Assembly (NCBI GenBank): GCA_036170915.1
Contig: JAVHQC010000010.1
Coordinates: forward strand, 32,001-96,000
Length of the DNA: 64,000 bases
Source of the DNA: Cyanobacteria bacterium auto_48_18
Lineage (GTDB): Bacteria > Cyanobacteriota > Vampirovibrionia > Obscuribacterales > Obscuribacteraceae
Direction of reading: 5' to 3'
A program made the position numbers and the translations under genes. Of this stretch, positions 1-9,936 are shown one piece after another; position 1 is the stretch's first letter; each line of letters begins with the position of its first letter. The notes below the pieces were generated by a model that was not told the origin of the DNA, did not search any database, and worked only from the letters and a program-made list of their open reading frames with translations.

Positions 1-1039
1 CTTTTACGAAAGCATGTTGGGTCGCAACGTAGAAGCGCTAAAATACTACGAACGCGCCATCGCACTAGCACCCACTTACAGCATCAACTATTCTAACCGG
101 GCTCAACTTTACAAAAAGATGGGCAAGCTTGATCTCGCTGCCAAAGACTCTGCCAAAGCAAAAGAGTTGCGCAAAAATGACCCCGACTCTGACGTCTCCA
201 TGCGCCGTGGTCGCGAAAGACATCGCGGCGGCCAACGTGGTCATTACGTGTCGTATGCGCCGAACAACTACGAATATGAATTGCAGAATCTTTCAAATGA
301 ATTGAAAGCACTTGAGAAAGCGCCAATGAATTTGGCCAAAGCAAATTTGTATTTGCAACGTGCTCGAGTGCAAAAGCAAATGGGTCACTACAAAGAATCG
401 CTTAGTGACTATCAGGCGATCGCAAAATACGAGCAACACAATAGTAATCTGGTTAAAGAGCGCACGTTAGCGCAAGAGCTTTTGCGTACAGGAGCGCCGC
501 CGTACGGAGACATCAAATCTATTGGCGACGCAAAATATTATGGTGGCGAACCAGTTAAAGAAACGAGCATAGCGACACTGACTTCAAAAAAAGGAGATAC
601 CAGAGTTTACTTCGCCATCGCTGAGGGTTTGTCAAAAGCACATAAACTCAAAGAGTGTGCAGCTGAAGTAGACAAGTTATTGAAAATTGCTCCAGACAGC
701 CAGGGTTATATCACAGCAAAAATTGCTGTGTCAGAATCGCTGAACGACTCAAACAATGTGGTCAAGTATTGTTCGCTGCTGATCGATAAACTAACCACTG
801 GTGATGCCAGTGTTGACCTAGCCTACGCTCGACGACTCTATGATTTTAGAGCAAAAGCAAATTATGCGCTTGCTCACTTCGACAAAGCTGTGGCCGACTA
901 CTCCACATTGCTTAAGCTTGACCCGAAGTCGCCTGAAGCTTATCGCGGACGTGCTGACTGCTATACCAAGCTCAATAAGTTTGACCTGGCTAAAGCCGAC
1001 TTGGACATGGCTAAAAAGTTCGATTCGCCAGGGCAATGA
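1..1039 (+). CDS. TPR-repeat protein, 5'-partial (frame is open upstream of the ATG at 14)
   Basis: TPR-type helices (ALKYYERAIALAP, AVADYSTLLKLDP, AYRGRADCY); no in-frame stop before position 14. Confidence 0.85.
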   Translation, partial: FYESMLGRNVEALKYYERAIALAPTYSINYSNRAQLYKKMGKLDLAAKDSAKAKELRKNDPDSDVSMRRGRERHRGGQRGHYVSYAPNNYEYELQNLSNELKALEKAPMNLAKANLYLQRARVQKQMGHYKESLSDYQAIAKYEQHNSNLVKERTLAQELLRTGAPPYGDIKSIGDAKYYGGEPVKETSIATLTSKKGDTRVYFAIAEGLSKAHKLKECAAEVDKLLKIAPDSQGYITAKIAVSESLNDSNNVVKYCSLLIDKLTTGDASVDLAYARRLYDFRAKANYALAHFDKAVADYSTLLKLDPKSPEAYRGRADCYTKLNKFDLAKADLDMAKKFDSPGQ

Positions 1040-1193
1040 TTTAGTTTAAGGGCGACAGTTGTCAGGGGATTCGGCCAATTAGGTGAACTAATCGCCGAAA
1101 AGGGTATATACCTGACAGGCGTTGAATCTTGGCCGAGCGGCTGGGGGGATTTTCCATGGTTTTTCTGACAATTATTAAAAGGGTTGAAAAGCT

Positions 1194-2108
1194 ATGGAGG
1201 TTGAATCCACTGCAATTTTGACTATTTCACTTTTGGCCCTGCTTAACTTCAGCGCGGCCAGCGCGTGCCCTCTTCGGCCTGAAGTGGCCATAACACCAGC
1301 TCACCGCCAAGCCGAGGCTTTGCGCTTGGTACGAAGTGGAGATGTAGAAGCGCGTGGCGGCTACTATGAGTTCGCCGTCAATTGTTACTTTGCCTCCACT
1401 TTAAGCGAACCATCGTTCGGCAGACCTTATCGAAGCGCTGAAGAAACAATTCTCGCCGGTACAAATAAGCAGGAAGCCCTTCGTAATTTAGATAATGCGG
1501 TGCAAAAAAATCCGAATGATCCCTATGCTCTCGCCGTTCGCGCGACAATCAAATGCGACCTGGGCGACAGACAAGGTGCTGAAGAAGACTTCTCTCGCTC
1601 AATTGCGCTGAAGAGCGATTTACTTTTCAGCCGCCAGGCGCGGGCAGAAAACCGAATCTTTGCCGGTATGAATCTTGATGCGCTAGAAGATTGCAACATG
1701 CTTCTAAAAATCACTCGAAATAATCCACGAACGCTTTTAGATCGCGGCATATTTTTAGCAAGGCACAATCAACCTGCGGCTGCCATCGCAGACTATGACC
1801 TGGCGCTAAAAGTACGGCCCGGCTGGTCACGACCACACATAATGAAAAGTGAACTATACGCCGATCAAGGTGATCATCTATCTGCCAGAAAATGCTTGGA
1901 TCTGGCAATTCAATCTGAGCCTGATTTAGGAGCTTCGTACCGAAAAAGAGCCATCGAACGCCGCTGTCTGGGTGATTTGGAAGGTGCCGTTGACGACCTC
2001 ACTTTGGCAATTTTATATCAGCCAGAACAGAGCGATTTCATCGATCGAGCCTTTCTCAAATTTCAGCTGAGAGATTATAAAGGTGCGCTTGCTGATCTAA
2101 GGCAATAG
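1194..2108 (+). CDS. Exported TPR-repeat protein
   Basis: N-terminal hydrophobic signal (LTISLLALLNFSAASA); several TPR motifs (AIADYDLALKVRP). Confidence 0.85.
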   Translation: MEVESTAILTISLLALLNFSAASACPLRPEVAITPAHRQAEALRLVRSGDVEARGGYYEFAVNCYFASTLSEPSFGRPYRSAEETILAGTNKQEALRNLDNAVQKNPNDPYALAVRATIKCDLGDRQGAEEDFSRSIALKSDLLFSRQARAENRIFAGMNLDALEDCNMLLKITRNNPRTLLDRGIFLARHNQPAAAIADYDLALKVRPGWSRPHIMKSELYADQGDHLSARKCLDLAIQSEPDLGASYRKRAIERRCLGDLEGAVDDLTLAILYQPEQSDFIDRAFLKFQLRDYKGALADLRQ

Positions 2109-2124
2109 GCTCGAACGCACTCTC

Positions 2125-2796
2125 CTATTTAGCCGGAGTCGGTTTACTTGGCGCAAACAATTGTTCTTCACCAATGACCTGCCGAATAATTTGCATCATC
2201 GGGCTAACTGAAGTCATCATCATTGCATTTGCAATCTCTTTGTCTATGGCTGGCTGTTGTTTGCAAATCTTCTCACCTACAGGCGTGTGGTAAAAAGCTA
2301 TCATCTCGCGCAGATCCTGCTCTGTAAAATACTTGTCGTATACCTTTAGGCTAACTTCTTCCGTTATCTTATCCAGATCAACATTCTGACCAAGTAGCTC
2401 TGTGGTGCGAACAGCCATGCGGTTTGCATCGTTATTTACGTCTTCAAGAATAGCTTTCTTCTGCATAGAGGTCATCGAAACTCCTGGCGGAGTAATTTGT
2501 GTCATCAGCGACGGCATCTGCGGACGAATCAATCCCATCATCTTGCGTATATCCGGAGATTCTGGTTTTGAAGTTCTGCGCGTTAGCCTCAAATATTCCA
2601 ACAGAAGTGCCCGTTTCTCTGGTGAAATAGCAGATTCAGGCAGGGGCTGCGTCAATGGTTCAGCTGGAGCGCCAATATCAAAGTTTTTTATGTCGGTTAG
2701 CGCCGGCGGCGCACCCATTGGCGGCATTTGGGCAAGACACGGTGACACTGTGAAAATCATTAGCATCACAGGTAGTACCACTCTAAATTGGCGCAT
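2125..2796 (-). CDS. Exported DUF2059-family protein
   Basis: Signal peptide; YDKYFTEQDLREMIAFYHTPVGEK matches the DUF2059 pattern. Confidence 0.8.
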   Translation of the reverse strand: MRQFRVVLPVMLMIFTVSPCLAQMPPMGAPPALTDIKNFDIGAPAEPLTQPLPESAISPEKRALLLEYLRLTRRTSKPESPDIRKMMGLIRPQMPSLMTQITPPGVSMTSMQKKAILEDVNNDANRMAVRTTELLGQNVDLDKITEEVSLKVYDKYFTEQDLREMIAFYHTPVGEKICKQQPAIDKEIANAMMMTSVSPMMQIIRQVIGEEQLFAPSKPTPAK

Positions 2797-2824
2797 CTCG
2801 ATTTCCTTGTGTGTCGTTGCTCAC

Positions 2825-4624
2825 TTACTTTGCCTTGGTTGCTTGGCCTTCAAAATATGGATTCTCCAAATACGGTGGCTTTTCAGTGGTGTGCAATGGC
2901 TTTGCGAAATCTACGTCGGCTAGAAGCACTGAAGGAGTGACCATACCAATTGTTGTCGAGCTATTATCAGTAGGATAATTAACGATGTAGACATCAGCAT
3001 CATCACTGGCAGCTTGCATGGTGAGCAAATTTTTCTTCGAGATAGTCTTTAATCGGGCCCCGCGCAAAAGCTGCTCGCTACCGGTTTTCACATCTACTTT
3101 GTAAACTTGATTGAGGCTCATACTGGAGCCATTGAATCTTTCCACATCAACTATTTGACCACCAGCAGAAAACGATGGTCTGATTCGTCTAACAATCAAA
3201 ACATGGTCTAGCCCTTCTTTTTTGCCAGCCTCTATAAGCTTTTGTCGCAAGGCATTGAAAGATGTGCCGGCATCACTGCTAACAAATAGATGTCCTGGGC
3301 TGGCCATTCCGCCGCGGTTATGTCCATTGCTGACTTTGACAACACGATTTGGAGTACGGGTACTGCAGAGCGTTTTGAGGATACCCTTATCGATAAGAGT
3401 TAGCCTTTTTGCAGCCACCCCCTCATAGTCAATGTTCCACCCGCTCTTTAAAAATTTGCCCTTGTATTCTTTCTGAGTTGGGTCGTCAATCACCGTAATA
3501 CTGCTTCCTAAAATTGGTTTATTGAGCTTGTGAATTTCATCCGCTCCGACATTACCCATCTCATGTCGAGCGCAAACAAGCGCTGGAAGCATTGACGAAA
3601 GTAGCTCTGCGGCCGCCTCTTTTTCAAACAAGACAGGACCTGAGTATTCTTGAGCGCGTTGCGCAACCACTAAAGCCCCCACACGATCGCAGAGCTTGCG
3701 CACTATTTTTTCCATCTCTGCCTGAGAGGGTAAGGAAACCTCTGTTTCTCCTGCTAAAAAGTCGCCATCAGAAACAGTCATGCCATCTTTGTTTTGGCTG
3801 CTGGCGCCAAAGAAAATAAGAGTGCCGGTCTCACCATATTTAACAATGGTGCCTTCACTATTAATCAAACGTGTGGTGCGCGCCCTAATATTCATGTAGA
3901 CGGTAGAGTCTTTGATATTTTTATACTCTTTAAAAATGGCAGAAAGGGCCTTGACTCGCCCGGCCCATTCATCGATGTTAGCTGTTAAATGCGCATCACT
4001 TTTTACACTGACAATAGCCGGAGCATCAGAAAATGCGTCAGGCTTGTCCTCAACGTCAACATAATTCATCTGCGCCCGAGCACTGGTGAGAGACTCTATG
4101 GCTTGTTTATAGCTGCGATCAGCCTGTGTCCATAAATCGCGACGTATAGCATCATAATTGTCTTCTTGCACTAATCGACTTTGAAGACCAAGCAGAGCGC
4201 GCAGACCGCCGCCACCAGCCGTAGTATTATCGAGCTGTTTATCACCCACGCGCAAAGTAAAGTCTGAATGACGATCACGAGAGACATCTTTGATTGACAG
4301 AGCGCCAAATGATGCGCTAATGCGCGCGAATTCTTCATCAGTGACGGTGCATGAGCCAAAATATGGCAGTGGATAATTTGGCAATTTCAAACTTTTCATG
4401 GAGCGATCAAGTTCGTCTTTCATGGCGCGCATCACAACATCATTCTGGTATGTTGCAGCTTCTGAATTTTGCGGAGCAGCCGGCGCGGCTGATGGCACAA
4501 CAGTGGACGAATCAACTGAGGCAGCCACAGTCGGCAGATTTGAACCTGTCACAAACCACAGCGAAAGCGCAGTGGCTATGATCGATTGTTTACTGAAATT
4601 GGCTTTAATCAAATGCTTTTTCAC
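2825..4624 (-). CDS. TldE/PmbA-like subunit (non-catalytic) with signal peptide
   Basis: TldD/PmbA fold motifs (GPVLFE, VIDDPT, DYEGV, SNGH, TPSVLL); no HExxxH; overlaps the TldD paralogue by 4 nt. Confidence 0.8.
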   Translation of the reverse strand: MKKHLIKANFSKQSIIATALSLWFVTGSNLPTVAASVDSSTVVPSAAPAAPQNSEAATYQNDVVMRAMKDELDRSMKSLKLPNYPLPYFGSCTVTDEEFARISASFGALSIKDVSRDRHSDFTLRVGDKQLDNTTAGGGGLRALLGLQSRLVQEDNYDAIRRDLWTQADRSYKQAIESLTSARAQMNYVDVEDKPDAFSDAPAIVSVKSDAHLTANIDEWAGRVKALSAIFKEYKNIKDSTVYMNIRARTTRLINSEGTIVKYGETGTLIFFGASSQNKDGMTVSDGDFLAGETEVSLPSQAEMEKIVRKLCDRVGALVVAQRAQEYSGPVLFEKEAAAELLSSMLPALVCARHEMGNVGADEIHKLNKPILGSSITVIDDPTQKEYKGKFLKSGWNIDYEGVAAKRLTLIDKGILKTLCSTRTPNRVVKVSNGHNRGGMASPGHLFVSSDAGTSFNALRQKLIEAGKKEGLDHVLIVRRIRPSFSAGGQIVDVERFNGSSMSLNQVYKVDVKTGSEQLLRGARLKTISKKNLLTMQAASDDADVYIVNYPTDNSSTTIGMVTPSVLLADVDFAKPLHTTEKPPYLENPYFEGQATKAK

Positions 4625-6420
4625 TTGTTATTCTCAGGGGCTGGTGGTGGCAAAATTGGTGGTTGATCTTGCTGCTTGTATTCTTTTTCTAGTTCGATAG
4701 TGCGAACCAGCAGGCTTGGAGAAGTTGCAGATACAGGCACCCAGCCAGACTCGGCACCACATCTACCGTTAAAGGTGTCATCATCTTTTCCGGCACAAAT
4801 AATTTTTTCTAGCGAACCTAACGGCGTGCCCACAATGTTAACTCCGCGCGATAACTCATCGGGCCTGCCGTCAACGTATACCCGTGTAACTCGCAACGGT
4901 AGCAACGAATAAGATTGCGGCATGAAAGTCTGGGTGATCGTGAAGCCACCTGAAATTTCATCAATTATTAGACCGTAAGGTTTATGTTGCGCTTTCGCTT
5001 CTTGAATAAGCATGGCTCGCAGTTTGGTATTAGCAACTCTATTGTCACTGTCGACAATTAGATTTCCTTGCCTGGCAACCGGCGCGGATCCTTCTGCACT
5101 GCGTCCATGACCATTCGACTTATCAAAGTTGCGAATCGGGCTGCGCCCCATTAAGAAACCACGCAGCACGCCTTTCTCAACCAGCTGAACACGCTGCGCT
5201 GGAACTCCTTCATTGTCAAATTTGTAATAGCCTACCAGTGGATGTTTATCAAAAGTAGCACGGGTAGGGTCATCGGACACAGACATGAATGGTGGCATAA
5301 TTTGTTCGCCAACTTTCTGAGCAAAAGTACGGCCTTCGGTTTCGTCTTTCTGCCTGTGACCTTCTACGCGGTGTCCCAACACTTCGTGGAAAAATACTCC
5401 CGCCGCTTTTGACTTTAAAATAGCGGGCCCCACAAATGGTTGCGCCGGTGGTGCATTGCGTAAGTCGACAACTTCTTTGGCTAATTTCCGCACCATTGCT
5501 TCAATCTTTTCTTGGTCGGGCAAATCGTCGATTCTGGGTACTTCAATGCCGTCATAAAGTCGCACAACCATGCCGTCTTTGGCTACCGCGTTAGCGCGCG
5601 TTGTGATGCGCAAACTCTTGCGATTATCTTCAATTTTGCTACCTTCAGAATTTACAAGATAACGTCGCACTTGCTCGACTTCAAAGTTGACTGAAGAATC
5701 GTCGATTTCAGGGAAGTCTTTGTAGATTGCTGATGCCTTACGTAAACGCTCTATCCAGGCCTTTTTATCGATAGCAATATCACTTACAGGTTCTATATAA
5801 ACCTGTTTATCGGCGTCAGAAAAATCACCGCTGGCATCTTCTTCGGCAATGCGAATGTCGCGATTTGTCTTAATTTGCATGTAATCAGTTTGGGCTCTTT
5901 TAAAGGCCGCATCTGTTGCGTTCCACAAGCGATTGCGAATAGCGTCTTTATCGTCTTCCAACGGGAAGGCACCGCCACCATATCCTCCGCGACCGAACGC
6001 CAACGGAGGGTGCGACGGCAACGCGCCTCTGAGCCGATGCGAATTGTCCATACTTTTGTCACCCACACGCAGCTCGACGTATAGACTGCGATTGTGGCTT
6101 TCTTCATCTTCGGCCATGGCGCCGTATGAAGCTACCAACGATTGACTGGCCACGTCATAAACACTGTAACTAATGAAATAGAGAGGCGCGCTGGCTGCGT
6201 TTTTTAGCTTGGTCATCGAGCGAGTGAGCTCTTCTTCCATTGCCTCGAGCACGACTTTATCGTCAGTCGATTTAATTGGTGAGGCGGCCTCTTCTACCGG
6301 AGACTTTATGGCTGGGGCTTCCGCGGCCGTGGCGTAAACGGCAGAATTGCATAATAGAGAAATGGAAAGTGACAGGCCCACGGTAAATCTTTTGAACAAT
6401 GCGCCTGGCGGTGATTCCAT
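4621..6420 (-). CDS. tldD: TldD-family zinc metalloprotease with signal peptide
   Basis: FFHEVLGHRVEG (HExxxH), DDPT, DNEGV, SNGHGR and C-terminal CGAESGWVPV with the ligand Cys. Confidence 0.88.
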   Translation of the reverse strand: MESPPGALFKRFTVGLSLSISLLCNSAVYATAAEAPAIKSPVEEAASPIKSTDDKVVLEAMEEELTRSMTKLKNAASAPLYFISYSVYDVASQSLVASYGAMAEDEESHNRSLYVELRVGDKSMDNSHRLRGALPSHPPLAFGRGGYGGGAFPLEDDKDAIRNRLWNATDAAFKRAQTDYMQIKTNRDIRIAEEDASGDFSDADKQVYIEPVSDIAIDKKAWIERLRKASAIYKDFPEIDDSSVNFEVEQVRRYLVNSEGSKIEDNRKSLRITTRANAVAKDGMVVRLYDGIEVPRIDDLPDQEKIEAMVRKLAKEVVDLRNAPPAQPFVGPAILKSKAAGVFFHEVLGHRVEGHRQKDETEGRTFAQKVGEQIMPPFMSVSDDPTRATFDKHPLVGYYKFDNEGVPAQRVQLVEKGVLRGFLMGRSPIRNFDKSNGHGRSAEGSAPVARQGNLIVDSDNRVANTKLRAMLIQEAKAQHKPYGLIIDEISGGFTITQTFMPQSYSLLPLRVTRVYVDGRPDELSRGVNIVGTPLGSLEKIICAGKDDDTFNGRCGAESGWVPVSATSPSLLVRTIELEKEYKQQDQPPILPPPAPENNK

Positions 6421-6598
6421 TTAATAATGATCCTTCTAGCAGGTCTGTCTTGTCATTCTATAGCAAAAGGGGGGTGGCCGCGATTTGCCCTAATTTATGG
6501 CTGATAGGTATATTTTCTTTATCATCCCAGCTACATTAAAATTGCTCGCTAATCGATTAAATCGCGCTCTTGAGCTAGCTTTGAGTTGATCAGAACGG

Positions 6599-6614
6599 TT
6601 ATCAATATTGCAAA
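6599..6614. promoter_or_regulatory. AT-rich imperfect palindrome upstream of dps, possible Fur/PerR-type operator
   Basis: TTATCAATATTGCAAA with a perfect CAATATTG core, ~55 nt before the dps start. Confidence 0.3.
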
Positions 6615-6667
6615 CTATCTGATCCCAAGAAAACGCATTCACACACTCAGACAGGTTGGTACAAGCC

Positions 6668-7174
6668 ATGAAAACCGAAACGAAAACAACACACCTCTAC
6701 AAAACTCGCATTGATCTTCCTGAAGCGGCACGGATGAAGAGCATAGATCTTCTCAACACAACGCTCGCTGCTGGCCTCGATATTTACACTCAAGCTAAAC
6801 AAGCTCACTGGAACGTCAAAGGCAAAGATTTCTATCAAGTACATTTGCTTTTCGATGATCTGGCCACGACACTATTCGAGCCTATCGACATCCTGGCAGA
6901 GCGCATCACAGCCCTGGGCGGCATTGCTCAAGGCACAGCGCGCATGGCCGCTCAAGTTTCAATCATCCCTGAATATCCAGATACATCAAAAATGAGTGAA
7001 ACAGACCACCTCACAGCCATCGCCGACCGCGTGGCCGTCTTTGCCAAGCACATCCGCCAGGGCATAGAAAAAGCTGGCTCATGGGACGATCAAGTGACAA
7101 ACGACATTTATGTTCAGATTGGCCGCGAAGTAGACAAGAAGCTCTGGTTCATTGAGGCCCACTTGCAAGATTAG
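6668..7174 (+). CDS. dps: DNA starvation/stationary-phase protection protein Dps
   Basis: KQAHWNVKG, HLLFDD, DILAERITALGG, DKKLWFIEAHLQ; ATG at 6668 preferred. Confidence 0.95.
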   Translation: MKTETKTTHLYKTRIDLPEAARMKSIDLLNTTLAAGLDIYTQAKQAHWNVKGKDFYQVHLLFDDLATTLFEPIDILAERITALGGIAQGTARMAAQVSIIPEYPDTSKMSETDHLTAIADRVAVFAKHIRQGIEKAGSWDDQVTNDIYVQIGREVDKKLWFIEAHLQD

Positions 7175-7195
7175 ATAACGAAGAACAGCTCTTCA

Positions 7196-7236
7196 AACGC
7201 CGCCATTGCCAATCCCGGCAGTGGCGGTGTTGTTCT
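7196..7236 (+). terminator. Stem-loop after dps, probable intrinsic terminator
   Basis: AACGCCGCCATTGCC-aatccc-GGCAGTGGCGGTGTT, 15 bp with two G:U pairs; weak U-tract. Confidence 0.65.
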
Positions 7237-7341
7237 AACAAACTCTATTAATAGATCAGAAGCAATCTCGAGACTGGCTGCAATTCCTGCTAAATTTTTC
7301 ATAGATCAAATAATCGATTTGACATTGTGGAGGAATTTTTC

Positions 7342-7752
7342 ATGGCAACTGTAGAAGTTAAGGCACGCGCAGACAAAAATTATCGTCAAGAAATCACGTC
7401 TGCCACTCATTCCTTCGCCTCTGACGCCGGCAAAGAACATGGCGGCGAAGACTCCGCACCAAATCCACATGAACTGCTTCTGGGCTCACTGGGCGCATGC
7501 ACAGCCATTACCGTGCAAATGTACGCCAAGCGCAAGGGCTACGATTTGAAAGCTGTCAACGTCAAATGCGAAGAAACGCAAGTTGAGAATGGCGAAGGTC
7601 AAAAATCCACCTTGATCACACGCAACATCGAGATTGAAGGCGACCTGACTCAAGAGCAAGTCGACGGTTTGAAGCTAATTGCCGACAAGTGCCCCATTCA
7701 CAAATTGCTTCAGGGCCCCAAAGAAATCAAAACCGAAGTCTCACGCAAATAG
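7342..7752 (+). CDS. OsmC/Ohr-family (YhfA-like) protein
   Basis: APNPHELLLGSLGACT and ADKCPIHKLL two-Cys pattern; GGAGGA RBS before ATG 7342. Confidence 0.9.
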   Translation: MATVEVKARADKNYRQEITSATHSFASDAGKEHGGEDSAPNPHELLLGSLGACTAITVQMYAKRKGYDLKAVNVKCEETQVENGEGQKSTLITRNIEIEGDLTQEQVDGLKLIADKCPIHKLLQGPKEIKTEVSRK

Positions 7753-8571
7753 ATGAACAGCGGCTCTGAGATTCTTTCTCTAGACGTAATTGAAACTTCG
7801 CTGACAACAAAAATAATCGGTAAAGCTCCGGGCGCGAAAAACGAACTGTGGGCTGAAATTGGTTCTACAAACACTCGCGCTGCTGCACTGGCTGCTGAAG
7901 GCTGCCCTGAAGGAGTCATCGTTCTAGCCAGGCAGCAGACAGCTGGCCGTGGTCGTCTTGGTCGCGCCTGGATTTCTCCGCCTGATGCCGGCATCGCATT
8001 TTCAGTTGTTTTGCGTCCACAACTTGAGCTATCACGTTTGCCACTGATTACTCTTGCAACAGGAGTGGCAGTAGCTCAGGCTATCGAAAAAAGTGTCGGT
8101 GTGCGTCCCGGTCTTAAGTGGGTCAATGATTTAACTTTATCAGGCAAAAAACTTGGTGGCATTCTTGCGGAGATGCCTGGGCAAGCGCTAATAATTGGCA
8201 TTGGTATTAATGTCAGATTGGAAGAATCTGAATTGCCACCAGAACTTAAAGACAAAGTGGAATGGTTGGAACGTGCAATGGGCAGGCCGATTGATCCCAA
8301 TTTGATCGTTTTAGAACTAGCGCACAAATTAGAAGCGGCGTACGAACTTTTAAAAGAAGGCCAAACAAAAAAAATAATTTCTTTGTGGAAAGATTATTCA
8401 ATTACCCTGGGCCAATTGATTGAAGCCACCAGCAATAATCAATCTATCAAAGGTCGTGCGGTTGATATCGCCGACAGTGGCGCACTGATTGTTGAAGATG
8501 AGAGTGGAGAGCGCACTGAGATTGTGGCTGGTGAGATTTCAATTCGCTTACAGAATGGTGGCTATTGCTGA
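7753..8571 (+). CDS. birA: Biotin-protein ligase without N-terminal HTH
   Basis: STNT, QTAGRGRLGRAW, KWVND, KLGGIL, GIGINV. Confidence 0.95.
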   Translation: MNSGSEILSLDVIETSLTTKIIGKAPGAKNELWAEIGSTNTRAAALAAEGCPEGVIVLARQQTAGRGRLGRAWISPPDAGIAFSVVLRPQLELSRLPLITLATGVAVAQAIEKSVGVRPGLKWVNDLTLSGKKLGGILAEMPGQALIIGIGINVRLEESELPPELKDKVEWLERAMGRPIDPNLIVLELAHKLEAAYELLKEGQTKKIISLWKDYSITLGQLIEATSNNQSIKGRAVDIADSGALIVEDESGERTEIVAGEISIRLQNGGYC

Positions 8572-8581
8572 TTCGGTCAGC

Positions 8582-9313
8582 TCAGTGCCTATCAATCGCA
8601 AATTCTCGCAGAAGAGACTTTGCTAATTTTTCCTGTTTGTCTTTTCGAAGCAGGTTGCAATATTTTTTCACTACCATTTTTATAAATTGCGGATCATGCA
8701 AAGACTTCTCTTGACGAAGAATATCTACTGCCATTTCGTATGATGCTCGGGCGCTTGTTCTGTCTCCGGCAGTTTCGAATTTCTGAGCTTGCGCATAAGC
8801 GTCTTTCACCTTGGTGGCCGAAAACGGTTCAGGAGTTGTCTTCTGATGCCGCTCCGGCCGACCGTCCACATAGTGCTTTTCATCCACTAATGCGGGTTCT
8901 ACAGACCATCCACCATTCATATCGCGCGGCTGCTCAACCTTCAGGAACTCATCCGGCAAAACCAATTTCTCTTCCGCCCCAAACACCGCAGTGGCATTGA
9001 GAAAAGCAATCAACGAAGCCGCCACCGCGCGCACACGCAACCTGATACCATCGGCGATGCGGCGACCAATAGGACAGTCTTTAGTGATTATGGTGCCATC
9101 ATTGCGCCTATACAATCGCAAGCATCTTTTTCCAGAACTTGCTTGCAAAAAAGCCTCAGCATCCTTGCGAGTCATTTCTGAAATATTGTAGACATCAAGG
9201 CTGCACTGGCCGCAATGACGACGTTGCTCGTCGCCGTCCATATCAGCCCATTTGGCCGAGCACGGCGAAGCAATGGCTACGTTATCCAACAAACTCTTTG
9301 ACTGGCAAAACAT
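8582..9313 (-). CDS. Hypothetical protein with Cys-rich N-terminal domain, one TM helix and TPR-like C-terminus
   Basis: PCSAKWADM...RHCGQC...C...RRNDG...DCP; hydrophobic segment AVAASLIAFLNA. Confidence 0.75.
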   Translation of the reverse strand: MFCQSKSLLDNVAIASPCSAKWADMDGDEQRRHCGQCSLDVYNISEMTRKDAEAFLQASSGKRCLRLYRRNDGTIITKDCPIGRRIADGIRLRVRAVAASLIAFLNATAVFGAEEKLVLPDEFLKVEQPRDMNGGWSVEPALVDEKHYVDGRPERHQKTTPEPFSATKVKDAYAQAQKFETAGDRTSARASYEMAVDILRQEKSLHDPQFIKMVVKKYCNLLRKDKQEKLAKSLLREFAIDRH

Positions 9314-9322
9314 GCGACTGAT

Positions 9323-9904
9323 CTAGAAATGAATCACTGAATAAACATCCAGATCTTCGTCTTCAACCAACTTTTTACGACCGTCAAGAAAATCTAGTTC
9401 AACTACAAAACCAGCACCAACGATATTGGCACCAAGCTTACGCAAGAGCTTCTTGGCCGCCAGAGCGGTTCCACCGGTAGCAAGTAAATCGTCGATGATT
9501 ACAACGCGATCTGCAGAAGTGACAGCGTCTTTGTGAATCTCAATTGTGTCTTCACCATACTCGAGAGCGTAAGACATTTTCTCTGTCTGCCATGGCAATT
9601 TACCTGGCTTGCGAATCGGCACAAAACCAACATCTAAATGGTGAGCGATGGCAGGTGCCAAAATAAATCCACGAGCTTCAATACCTACAATTATTGTTGG
9701 CTTCAGAGCCTTGCAAGAATAAGTGAGGGCATTGAGCACCAGCTTAAAAGCGATGGGGTCTTTCATCAAAGTGGTCAAATCTTTGAAGACAATGCCTTTT
9801 TTAGGAAAATCAGGCACATCACGAATGATGCTTTTAATCCAATCCTGTTGTGCTTCAGGCAAGGGCAGACTGAGCACTTCATGCGATTTAACAGTGGCGG
9901 CCAT
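9323..9904 (-). CDS. apt: Adenine phosphoribosyltransferase
   Basis: PDFPKKGIVFKD, EARGF, RKPGKLP, IIDDLLATGGT. Confidence 0.97.
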   Translation of the reverse strand: MAATVKSHEVLSLPLPEAQQDWIKSIIRDVPDFPKKGIVFKDLTTLMKDPIAFKLVLNALTYSCKALKPTIIVGIEARGFILAPAIAHHLDVGFVPIRKPGKLPWQTEKMSYALEYGEDTIEIHKDAVTSADRVVIIDDLLATGGTALAAKKLLRKLGANIVGAGFVVELDFLDGRKKLVEDEDLDVYSVIHF

Positions 9905-9936
9905 ATAACTCTAATGTCCTCAAGCTGGCAATGTCA

